64,000 bases of DNA from Minutocellus sp. GHC0000111 (lineage: Eukaryota): contig OZ361257.1 of the NCBI GenBank assembly GCA_977018835.1, forward strand, positions 5,146,001-5,210,000, given 5' to 3'. Within the stretch, counting starts at the first letter, position 1. Every line of letters begins with the position of its first letter. The position numbers and the translations under genes are program-made. The notes below the pieces were generated by a model that worked only from the letters and a program-made list of their open reading frames with translations, did no database searches and was not told where the DNA came from. Of the stretch, positions 24,292 through 34,309 are shown piece by piece.

Positions 24292-24996
24292 ATGCCCGGC
24301 TTCGACCCGACAATCACACAGGACGGTGTCGAAAGGGCCAACGCAGCCGCGGAGGCTGCGGCGACTAACCCTGAAACCTTTGAGTTTACAAGGCGTGCCA
24401 CCGCCGGGACGACGTCCAGTTGGCTTGTCAGTTTTCTCGACACGCCTCTCGAGTACCCCAAAACCTTTTATCACACACTCATTTACTATCTACGATACAC
24501 CAAGTACTACCTCCAGACGAATGCCTGGTCGATCGTATTTATGGTCATCGGCTTTTACCTGTTCAAGGGATACCTCTTCGATCCGTGGTACGAAGAATTC
24601 AAGGCCCGGCGATCGTACCGGCAAGCCACAGACCCGAAGCGAGTGTCGTCTCTTGCGAGTGACATGCGGCGAATCCGTGCGGCCCAGCAGGAGGAGGCCG
24701 AGCGCAAATCCCGCGAGGCCACCGAAGAGGCGAAGAGGAAGAAGGCGGAGGAACTGGAGAAGAAGAGGGTCAAGCAGCCGATGGAAGCGAGTGGAGGTGG
24801 CGGGCAGAGACTAGGGGGTGACGGTCCAGCGAGGCGACGGAGGCCCAATGCCGGTGGTGGTGGCAGTGGGAGTGGTAGGCCTAGCAGTGGGCCCAGCCGT
24901 TCTGGGTACAACCCAATGAATCCGTACGGTAGCGGCGGAGGAGGATACCGCGCCCCACGTCGAGATCTAAACCGTCGAGGAGGGTGAGGACGGTAG
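24292..24996 (+). CDS. SELENOS: Selenoprotein S (VIMP)-like; UGA 24985-24987 probably Sec
   Basis: TM, coiled coil, Gly-rich tail with YNPM...GGGYR, ending RRGG-TGA-GR-TAG; SECIS-like hairpin downstream. Confidence 0.8.
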
Positions 24997-25217
24997 ATCG
25001 TCTGGGCGGGAAAGGGTTGAAGTTGGATGGCTACCTACTCGCTACATAGGTAGGTAGGTAGGTAGGTGCCAGCGAAGCAACTCTGACCAGACGATTGTGG
25101 AGATGGGATCGGTCTTGTCGAATCGCGACGGGATGTCCTCATCTCTCTTATCTCCCATCTCTCATCAAATAATTATTTCATTGATTGGAGGATGGCACGA
25201 AAATCAATGTGTTCGGA

Positions 25218-25319
25218 ATGACGCGTCCCTTTTGCTCGTATAAATCCTGCTTGCATGCATTTGCGGCCCATGTTTGCCATGGCATGCGTTTGTTGGATGA
25301 TCGAGGAAGGTGCGCCGAG
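25218..25319 (+). promoter_or_regulatory. SECIS-like stem-loop
   Basis: ATGAC...CGAG core, helix GCGTCCCTTTTGCTCG / CGAGGAAGGTGCGC, AAA, then an extended upper stem (TCC/GGA, GCATGC/GCATGC). Longer than canonical. Confidence 0.55.
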
Positions 25320-25541
25320 AAATGATCTCGTTTTGTGTGCCGTTCCCAACAGTGTAGATCTAGTGGTGAACATACATGTATCCAGTGTTTTTCACGAGCA
25401 TTGTCGAGCTAGGTCTCATACACGTAGTATACAGTGATAATTCACCATGCAACTAAGTAAGTTAGAATAGAAATTTTGTATCAGAACAAGAGGATTTCGC
25501 GTCAATAATAATACAAAAGATTTCTACGTAGATCTCTCTAG

Positions 25542-26621
25542 CTAGATACCTCCAAACCTAGCATTGTTTAAATCCTGCAGCTGGTGGTGTTGGTTGTTGG
25601 ACCCACCAGACAGGGAGGAAATGAGCTGGATCAGGAGCTGGGAATTGCTATTCTGATCCCGTCGGTTGAGGCCTTCTTGGGAGACAATCGCCGGATTCGA
25701 TGATGCAGCGATGGGTGTCGTCTGCATCAGCTGCTGACCTACCTGTATCTGCCGAGGTAACTGCAGCGGTGAGGATTGCGAAGGACTCGACTGGGTTGCC
25801 TGAAGTACGGCGAGCCTCTGCTCCAGGGCACTCTGTAGGCCTAGATTTGGATTGATCGATGAGGTGGCGCCAGCGACAGCAGCGGTGGTCGAAGCGGAAA
25901 GAGTGGGGGCTGGGCGGGACAGCTGGCGAAGCAGCGATTGAAGCTGCTGCTGCTCCTGGTTTTGAAAGAGGGCGGTCACGGCGGCGGAGGCAACGGAAGT
26001 GGTGCTTGGGGGCGCCGGCGCCGGCGCCGGCGCAGCAACCGAAGCGCTGGGACCAGCGGAGCCACCCTTCAGCAAGCCAAGAAGCTGCGACTTGAGGAAG
26101 TTGTTCTCAGCCATAACGGTTTCGTTGTTCCGTTTCAGCTCGCGATTCTCCTGAGCGAGACGGGCGACGCTCATCTGAAGATCTTCAAAGAGCTGCTTCC
26201 TTCGATCGCGCGATTCCTTTGCGCTCGAGCGGCGATTCTTGGCCTTGGCCTTGGCGGCAGCAACGGCGGCGTCGTCTGATGATTCGTTATCCTCCTTCCT
26301 CTTCCTCTTGCACGCAGTATCGTTGTTCGTGGCCTCGATGGCGCTCATGAGGTTGCTTGAAGAGCTGTAAAGTTCACCATGATCAGCACCCCCTGCTGCG
26401 CCAGGATCGGTAGGCCTAGCATTGGTGTCGGAAGCAGCGTCGTTGGAGCTGGAACGAGAATTCGAATAAGAGGCGTTGGCTTCTTTTTTGCCGTAGGCCT
26501 TGTGAAACACACCTTTCTCTCTGTCCGTTTCGGCTATTGTCATGCTAGAATTGAAGACTGCTCGTCTGACGTCGACCTCCTTGCTACTTTTACTCAACTC
26601 TTTCCCATCAGATGGCATCAT
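25542..26621 (-). CDS. bZIP transcription factor
   Basis: Basic region NRRSSAKESRDRRK, zipper LQMSVARLAQENRELKRNNETV, Q/S-rich C-terminus. Confidence 0.85.
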   Translation of the reverse strand: MMPSDGKELSKSSKEVDVRRAVFNSSMTIAETDREKGVFHKAYGKKEANASYSNSRSSSNDAASDTNARPTDPGAAGGADHGELYSSSSNLMSAIEATNNDTACKRKRKEDNESSDDAAVAAAKAKAKNRRSSAKESRDRRKQLFEDLQMSVARLAQENRELKRNNETVMAENNFLKSQLLGLLKGGSAGPSASVAAPAPAPAPPSTTSVASAAVTALFQNQEQQQLQSLLRQLSRPAPTLSASTTAAVAGATSSINPNLGLQSALEQRLAVLQATQSSPSQSSPLQLPRQIQVGQQLMQTTPIAASSNPAIVSQEGLNRRDQNSNSQLLIQLISSLSGGSNNQHHQLQDLNNARFGGI

Positions 26622-27296
26622 TTTCTTTCAAGCAGGACTGTGTGCATTGGGATATGTGCAAATATGAATGAATCAATGTTGGAGGCGGTAGTAGTAGTGG
26701 CGTAGTGGCGTGTTGTTGATGGCCTGACGGCGAATGGCGAGAGGCCACACAAAAATAAGGGGCGGCCTTTGCTCAGAGGCACAGTTTTCTCGTTGCGGTT
26801 GCTGTGCACTTGAAAAGCGTTTGCAAAATCGGAATAAATCCTCTCTCGATATTATGGTCTCACATAAGAACGAGAGTATGATCGTGAAATATGATCGTAA
26901 TGATCTCACAAGAAGAAGGTCGGATTTTCTTTGTAATCGATCGTCTCAATTTTTGACTAAAAGTGTGATGCGTGTGCCGCAATGCATCCCGATTTTTTAC
27001 CTACTATGATTCGATTATTCGATTCACCATGCGGCCCGGGAGTGTGCATGACACCTTGAAATTGCGTGATGACGTGGCAACATCAACAATAACAAAAGAT
27101 TGCTTCATTTGAAAATGATACACTTGCTGCGATTCGATTCACCATGCGGCACATTGCACACAACAACAACCAATGTTGTCGTGTCACACACATGCCACGG
27201 TGCATCACAACTCTGAGGACACACACATGCGCTTCCCCGTGCATGTCTTCCACTTGTCCGCTTCTTGGGAAGCCAGATAAATAATTGCTACTTGCA

Positions 27297-28004
27297 ATGG
27301 ATTCAGCATCCCGCGGGCTGGGCCTGGCCCGGACAACATTTTCTGCCCCACGCCTGCTAGTAGACAATTACACCGCCACGACTGTCAGGCCAAGCAAGAA
27401 TCAGCCCTCGTCCTCGTACGAGCCGCAGCAGCAACCTCAGAATCGCCAACTGTTCCTGGCATCGAAGCCTAGATCTACAGAAACAACTGTGACTGTAGAT
27501 CGACGATCCAACGAACCGGCTGCTGCTAGGACGACTTGCACACAACATGTGCGAGTAAACAATGGGCGTAGGAGGAAGAGCACGCGGCGAGTTTCGTTTC
27601 TCAGATTGGTCAAGTGTCGCGAAATCGCCAGTCTTGCCGACTACACTTCCGATGAGCTTGAGGCATCGTGGCACACAGATCGAGACTTCGACACAATGAG
27701 AGAACAAACAAGGCCCATCATAAAGAAGATGAGAAAGCTGCACAAAGCGTTCACGGACCCAGCAAGCATCAACCCAGAAGAGGATTGCTTCATAGGACTG
27801 GACCACTTGCGATCCAGATCTGTGCTCGAAGAACTCCGCCGACAGAGAAAGGATCTCACGGCGGCAGCACTTTTCAAACAAATGACTGGTCGAAGGAGAG
27901 ACATCGCATCAATGTCACGAGAGTTAACAGAGCAGTCCAGAAGAGATGCTAGAGAAAGGGGCCTCCATCAAGCGCAGGAGACAAGGTCGGCATGGAAGGC
28001 TTGA
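27297..28004 (+). CDS. Hypothetical protein (pattern common in diatom proteomes)
   Basis: RVSF...DYTSDELEASW...CFIGLDH pattern; intact ORF. Confidence 0.65.
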   Translation: MDSASRGLGLARTTFSAPRLLVDNYTATTVRPSKNQPSSSYEPQQQPQNRQLFLASKPRSTETTVTVDRRSNEPAAARTTCTQHVRVNNGRRRKSTRRVSFLRLVKCREIASLADYTSDELEASWHTDRDFDTMREQTRPIIKKMRKLHKAFTDPASINPEEDCFIGLDHLRSRSVLEELRRQRKDLTAAALFKQMTGRRRDIASMSRELTEQSRRDARERGLHQAQETRSAWKA

Positions 28005-28048
28005 AGTCTGATAGTAGCTTTGAATCCCTAAATATGAAAATTTCGGTT

Positions 28049-28205
<157 letters not shown>

Positions 28206-28278
28206 AATGCTATGTAAAATTGATCTCTAGCTAGCTAGAACAAGGGCCCAAGGTTCTCGCTCGCCGAATTAGTCATGC

Positions 28279-29547
28279 TCAGCACGAAGCGAGGTTTTCA
28301 TTGCCCTCGTCATCCCCACCAGCTCCATTTCCATCTTCAGATTGCTTCTCGGCCTCAGCCGTCGACTGATCAGCCTGCGAGTCATCAGCAGTGCCTCCCT
28401 CCCCCTTGCCGACCTCAATGGGTGTTCCCTGTTTGGTTGCAGCTGCCTTCTGCATTTCGTCGTCAATTTTCTTCACAACACTATCCTTCACCTGAACCGC
28501 AGCCTTTAGGCTTAGCCTGGTGACCAACACTGCAGCCGAGTTAAACCGAGCGGCAGCGGTGCTCTTGGCAACAACCTTGGCCACGGCTACAACCTTGGAG
28601 CCACCCTTTCGCAATTGCTCAGCAGTCTTCATTGTCTTTTTGATGTTCCGATTGTCAAATGTTGGGCAGTACGATAACAGTCGACCATCTGTATCGGTCT
28701 CGAAGACATCGACGATGGTCATGGTCACTAGGTCACCCATATGAAGACATTCCACCGCCGGTGACGAGGGGGTAGACCCGTCTCCAGTGCTGGCTGAAGG
28801 TTGAGAAAAGAGTCCGGGCGGGAACTCGGAATTCCACGTCCAAACCACTCGATGAGCTGCCGTGCAGCGATATCTTCCTCCTGCTATCCTCATCACGGTC
28901 AAACCAGGTGGATCGATGATATTCATGTGATCTCCTTCCGGCATTAGGGCCAACCACCTCAAAAACAACTGCGACAACGCTGGTATTCCACACGCGGCCT
29001 CCAATTCTATGCCACTTTCCCTCTCCAATCCGAACAATTGGTTGGCTGTATGGGCTTGCGACAATACAACCTCGGCATCATCCGCAAATACGGCGTACGG
29101 TAGAGGAGGTGGTGCCGTCATGACACCTCCATCGGGTCCACCGGGTTGATAGGAAACATCCGTGGCGTTGTCGTCAAAGTCGGCATTCCAATCCTGCATA
29201 CTGCCTCCAATTTCGAATGTCAGAGCCTTTCTAAACTCTTGCGGGTTGGACAGCAAATACAGCAGGGCCAGGTGCATTTCGTGGACGGTTTCGGCAGAAT
29301 CTGGCGGCAGCCGCGACCCGATGCCCCCGGCGAGCGCGTCTGGTGTCATCATCACGTTACTGACATCGGCATCATGACCTGCAGCCGCAGCATCTCCCAA
29401 ACCACCGGCGGGAGTCGCCAGGGACATGGTCGCCTCGGAATAGTCCACTGAGAGGGCACCATTCAACTTTTGGTACGGGTCGAGACTACTTTCGCCCGTT
29501 GTGGCGGATGCGCCAGCACTAACGTGATCCGCCGAGGCCTGGTCCAT
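28279..29547 (-). CDS. Hypothetical protein
   Basis: Long ORF from ATG 29547 with a globular-looking core (FLRWLALMP...YCPTFDNR). Confidence 0.7.
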   Translation of the reverse strand: MDQASADHVSAGASATTGESSLDPYQKLNGALSVDYSEATMSLATPAGGLGDAAAAGHDADVSNVMMTPDALAGGIGSRLPPDSAETVHEMHLALLYLLSNPQEFRKALTFEIGGSMQDWNADFDDNATDVSYQPGGPDGGVMTAPPPLPYAVFADDAEVVLSQAHTANQLFGLERESGIELEAACGIPALSQLFLRWLALMPEGDHMNIIDPPGLTVMRIAGGRYRCTAAHRVVWTWNSEFPPGLFSQPSASTGDGSTPSSPAVECLHMGDLVTMTIVDVFETDTDGRLLSYCPTFDNRNIKKTMKTAEQLRKGGSKVVAVAKVVAKSTAAARFNSAAVLVTRLSLKAAVQVKDSVVKKIDDEMQKAAATKQGTPIEVGKGEGGTADDSQADQSTAEAEKQSEDGNGAGGDDEGNENLASC

Positions 29548-29969
29548 TTGATAAGGAATGAAAATAGGTGAAAATGCAGGCGACCGACTATTCAACTTAG
29601 AGAGAAGAGATACAACATGTACGTGTAGGGGTCTTGCTTTTGCTTTCACGTCGTGATCTTTTGTGCGATGGTGCCAGCATCACATCACGCCGTGCTTTCC
29701 TGGGCTGTTCTGCCCCGTTTTTCTCACTTTCGGAAGACCCCCGTTTTCAAGTGAGCAAAGTTGCATGTGTGTGCGTGCATGATGATGTCGATGTTTGCAA
29801 ACTGACTGGATCTCTCAGTAGCTACGTAGCTAGACTCAATTGATCACGGTCCACAAATACGATAAGACTTCAGGCAAATACATGCAGGGATCCATATAAT
29901 GTAGGAATTATGAATTCCTGCATGTACAATGTAGATCTATTATAAATAATTGAGTTTGTACCGTGCGTT

Positions 29970-31188
29970 TCAATTATTTGCATTCTTAACAATCTCTCGT
30001 ATCGGCCCGGGAGGAATAGGACCGAATTCTTTGAGTGGCCATATTCGAAGCTTTGCAGTGCCGACAATATACTTGCCCTTTAGAGGGCCCCACACTCGGC
30101 TGTCAACCGAACGGTACCCGTTGTCACCGGCCACGAAATATTCCTGCTCATTCCTCGAAAGAGTTGCTGGCGGTCGATCCCAGCTACTCTCTGCGAATAA
30201 TTCGGGCTTGGAATATGGGCCAATTATATCAAAGCGATATTGCATTCCGTCCTGATTCCCACCCCTATCCATCTCTACATATGGCTCGCTTCGCCTTACT
30301 CCAACCTTCTCCCCAGGCACAGCAACAACTCTTTTCAAGAACTGCCTTCCTTTCGTAGACGCAACTTCACTGCCATCTCCCAAGTTGAGGTTCGAAACGG
30401 TTGACTCGAGTTCCTTTGGTGCATCGAAAAAGACAACGTCGCCGACATTTGGTTTGAAAGGTCCTATCGGAATACTTCGTGTTACCAGAACGACATTGCC
30501 CGGGCTTAGAGATGGCAGCATGCTGGGGGTTGGAACCGAAACAATCCGAAGGAAAAAGCTGAAGAAGGCAGCCACCACCAAGAAGAAAGACGACAGAGCC
30601 GCAGTCCCCAAGGCATTGCCAGCAATATACGTAGATCGGGAAAGCCAGAGCGGAACCTCGTCTAGCTGTACACTCACAGGCCAATCGGATCTCTCGAGAT
30701 GCTCCCTTAATGGGTAGGCTGGCCTGATCAGAGCTTTTGCCTGGGCAGGAGACGGTAGTCCCTTGACTATTCATTTCTTTGTCAACGTCATCACCAACCG
30801 AAAGTTCGATGACCTTGTACTCAACTCCAGGATATATTCCGCGATTGGCAAGTATCTGCCTTTGGGCCAGATTGCTGCAAAGAGGCACGACAATGTCCCC
30901 CACAGCGCAAGTGTTGGCTGCATTCTTGGCCTTGGTACCAAAGCCCTCGTCGGCCGCCGATTGAAACGATTTCTGCGTTGACCGAACTTTGGTTTGGAGA
31001 GATTCAAATGGCGAAAGAACCGCCGCCCCATCGGCAGTGTCTTGGCTTTCATCTGCAGCGGACAGAACAATGCTCCGCCAAGATGCCTTCCTTGTCGACG
31101 AGAATGTTTTGGGGGCAAATGCGCTCGTCGACTTGATGGCCACACAAATGCCGACCAGCAATGGCCAATGCAGGCGCAGTTGTTTCAT
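29970..31188 (-). pseudogene. Plastid-targeted signal peptidase I (S26)-like, frameshift near 30768
   Basis: TSA|FAP presequence; S26 motifs SMLPSL, FLKRVVA, GDNGYRSVDSRVWG; the two halves are in different frames. Confidence 0.75.
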
Positions 31189-31444
31189 GGTGGTATTGCG
31201 CGTGTGTGGCGAGTTCTAGAGTATCACTGCTTACTTATTATCGAGGCGCGAACTTACAGGAGGAGAATACTGAGGTGGCGGCATCGCCTACGCCTGCTCG
31301 CCTGCGGGAACGCGGGAACAAAGCAAAGGGGAGGATCATCGCGGAGGTCCCGCCGTCCCGCACAGCGAGGGCCAACGGCAACACCATACCAACACCATTC
31401 ATCGGCCGCAACGTGCGTGCGTAGCGAGCGCATCAAACTGCGGC

Positions 31445-32086
31445 ATGTCGATCCGACGAAGGAACAACCCTGCCAGCGCTACTAGTACTAGTAGCGATGC
31501 AAGCAACCGGCAGGACCAGGACACCCAACCCGTCCAGCCGATAGATGAAAGCGAGCAAGACAAAATAGTCAAGAACTTGAGAGCCAACACCATCAAAATA
31601 ACCAATGAGCTATGCAATGTTGTTGTGCTAGCTTGCATGGGAGCAGCGGCTCTGACCGTGATTTTCCCACTGCTTATTGCGTGTGCTGATAGTTCCGCAA
31701 ACGACGTACCAAATGAACACAACAATCACCATTCTTCACCGCCGGGCCTATCTCATCTACTGTACACGATAACATCCTGCCTGTCCCACTGCTTGATGGC
31801 GCATATTGCTCACGTGTCGAAATTTCCATTGAAATGGAACCCTTCCTTTCCCGTCCGATCAGCATTGAAATTTCCATTGAGATCGGCAGTAGCATCGGTG
31901 GTTTTCCAGGCTTTATGTGTCGGATATCTCAATTGGGATTCATCAGTTGATCCAGTCACCATTGGGCAGATGATTGGCAATTTGTGCACGCTTATAGCTG
32001 CTCTTTTTGTTTCCATGGACAGTACTTCCACCGAAGATGTTCTGAGAAAGCATGATGGTTCACGTTACGGCTTTAAGAGTCTTTAA
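31445..32086 (+). CDS. Multi-pass membrane protein of unknown function
   Basis: Intact ORF with about four hydrophobic segments. Confidence 0.65.
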   Translation: MSIRRRNNPASATSTSSDASNRQDQDTQPVQPIDESEQDKIVKNLRANTIKITNELCNVVVLACMGAAALTVIFPLLIACADSSANDVPNEHNNHHSSPPGLSHLLYTITSCLSHCLMAHIAHVSKFPLKWNPSFPVRSALKFPLRSAVASVVFQALCVGYLNWDSSVDPVTIGQMIGNLCTLIAALFVSMDSTSTEDVLRKHDGSRYGFKSL

Positions 32087-32334
32087 TGGTTTCTCGCTAC
32101 GTAGCTAGACTTGTCGTCGGACTCATAAAAGCTAGATCGACATGAAGATTGCATTTGGTCAGATTAGAAGATGCCAGAGGTGTGCAGCAAGTAACTTCTA
32201 CACAATGTAGTTAAACAATAGCTAGCAGTTAGCTACGGATTGATTACGAAGTATGACAGATTCGCCAGTGTGGGTTTATACAATGTAGCGGCTGGGTTCG
32301 ATTCATTCGTTTGTTCTTGACTTGAGATCCAACA

Positions 32335-33378
32335 TCATAGACGTGCGCCTCCTCCGTAGTTGCTGCTCCAGCTTCGGAGGCCACCAGTCTCGGACTTCTC
32401 GATCTCTCCCTCGGCTGCACCTTGCAATCGATCCAGTCTCTTGCTGCGGCGGTTCTTGGTAGCCTCCAGGCTCAGATTGGACGAGCGCGTCATGACGGCG
32501 TCGCTGCGGCGGAGGGTGCAGTGGTTGTTATCAACGTGGCCGCCGCTGCCGTCGACGATGGCAGCGGTAGCGGCTGCTTGCGAGTTATTCTTCTTGCCAG
32601 CGAGACCCTTCTGCGCCTCGATGACCTCCTCGCTCAGCGGTTGGTGCGACAGCTTGCGCCGGCTCCGTTCGCGGACGGCATCAAGGAACAGCTCGGTGCG
32701 GGATCGGCGAGGTGGACGAAGGCGCTCGTAGGTTTCCAGCCCGCACTTGATTGGCTCCTGCTTGGGTGCCGCCGACTTCTCTTCTCCTTTCGGGGGAGTT
32801 GGTAAGTCGTTTGGTTGTTGTTCGTCGTCTACTGAGGTATCTTTAGCTTTCTCTTTCTCTGTGACTGAGTTCGTGTCCTTGTTCTCGTGACATGTCTGTG
32901 TCGACGTTGGATCGACATGTTGTGCAGAGGCTTTCAGCGAAGGAAGGCTTGGTTTTTTCTCTACTGCGTTGGAGGAGGAGGAAGACGTTTCCTCCTCCTC
33001 TTCGGCATCGCCAGCTGATGTTGATATCGCCGATGTCTGTGCTCTTTCGCTTTCCGAAAGACATGTGTCAACTGCTGGTCCTGCTGTTGTATCAGGTACC
33101 GGTACCGGCTCAACGACGTGAATTTCGATCGTTCCAAAAGAAACCCTGCCGCTGCTGTTGCTGCTGCTTCGTCGTATGCATGTCAGTGGGCCTTGCTTTT
33201 CTTGTGTCTGATGAAGGTGTTGTGTAGACGACAGTTCCGTGGTGCTTGTCCGAGTTACGGTATCGACTGCTGCAGATGAGGAAAGGGATGAGGTGACAGC
33301 GCTGGTGCTACCCCTAGCAACGGAGGATACGGACTCCTTCAAAATATCCCGGCAACTCTTGGTGCCAGCGCTGGGCAT
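32335..33378 (-). CDS. Low-complexity hypothetical protein
   Basis: 347-aa ORF with RVSFGTIEIH and YERLRPPRR motifs. Confidence 0.65.
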   Translation of the reverse strand: MPSAGTKSCRDILKESVSSVARGSTSAVTSSLSSSAAVDTVTRTSTTELSSTQHLHQTQEKQGPLTCIRRSSSNSSGRVSFGTIEIHVVEPVPVPDTTAGPAVDTCLSESERAQTSAISTSAGDAEEEEETSSSSSNAVEKKPSLPSLKASAQHVDPTSTQTCHENKDTNSVTEKEKAKDTSVDDEQQPNDLPTPPKGEEKSAAPKQEPIKCGLETYERLRPPRRSRTELFLDAVRERSRRKLSHQPLSEEVIEAQKGLAGKKNNSQAAATAAIVDGSGGHVDNNHCTLRRSDAVMTRSSNLSLEATKNRRSKRLDRLQGAAEGEIEKSETGGLRSWSSNYGGGARL

Positions 33379-34309
33379 CGTCGGAAAATATGCGGGGCTG
33401 TAGTCTTTGGCGGTGCTGTCGTCCGACGTTGGGCAGAAGGAGGTGGTGCCGGTGCTGGATCTCGGAAGACGAATCTTGCCGGTGTCATTTATTCATCTAT
33501 CGAGGACTTGCAGCACGTCACATGCACGGTGAGAGAGGCCAAAGGGCGGTGGATTCATGCAATAATTGCGAGAGGGTTGGGGGGTTAGAGATGTGGATTG
33601 ATGATTGCCATGCTTCCAGGGGAGACATTCATCCAACTAACTCGTTGCGTTCTGGCGTTCTGGCCCGCATTTATTTCTTCATTCCAGCAATCAGCCCTGT
33701 TCTTTCAAAGAAATGGCATGAAGAAGAGCCTGTGCTCGTAAAATGTTCCACCCCACTCCTGACGAATTTATCCATAGGATTTCTGTCTTTCGGAATGATG
33801 TAATTTTTGTCCGAAAAGTACAAAAGTCCAGAGCATGTATTGCCTCTCTGCCCGGCGAAGTGTTGGCCAAGCAAAAACACAAGCAAGGCGGAAAGAGCTG
33901 CTGCGGAAAGGCGGTGATCAAAAGAAACCAGCGTCAACGATGACGAGCCTTGGGCAGAACAAGTCTAGCTGCAAGGATGATGATCTAAAGCAAACGAAGG
34001 GTACATCATCGACTGACCCCGCCCTCTCCCTTTTGTAGCTTGGATTTTCACCCATACTAGTAGCTACTGCATCGTTAGAGCTTGGACGGACTTATCTTGC
34101 GCTTGTTTCGGCCTGCACGACGGTCACGACACTGTACCTAGGTACGCATCAATTTCTATCAACGTACTTGCTGAAAGCTGACCGTGAAAGGCCAATCTCC
34201 TTATATTGTTGTTTGACGCGGCAAGGCTCCCACTATAAGTATTAGTGATATCCACCGACTTGTAGGTATCTTGAATCAGCCCGTCCGTCCAACGAAAAAA
34301 TAAATCAAA

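Noticed and set aside
32281..32310. tRNA T-loop-like GGGTTCGATTC
   Set aside because: No T-stem or cloverleaf can be formed.
33390..34300. Short ORFs between the 32335 gene and the TPR gene
   Set aside because: No recognisable domains or codon bias; treated as intergenic/UTR.
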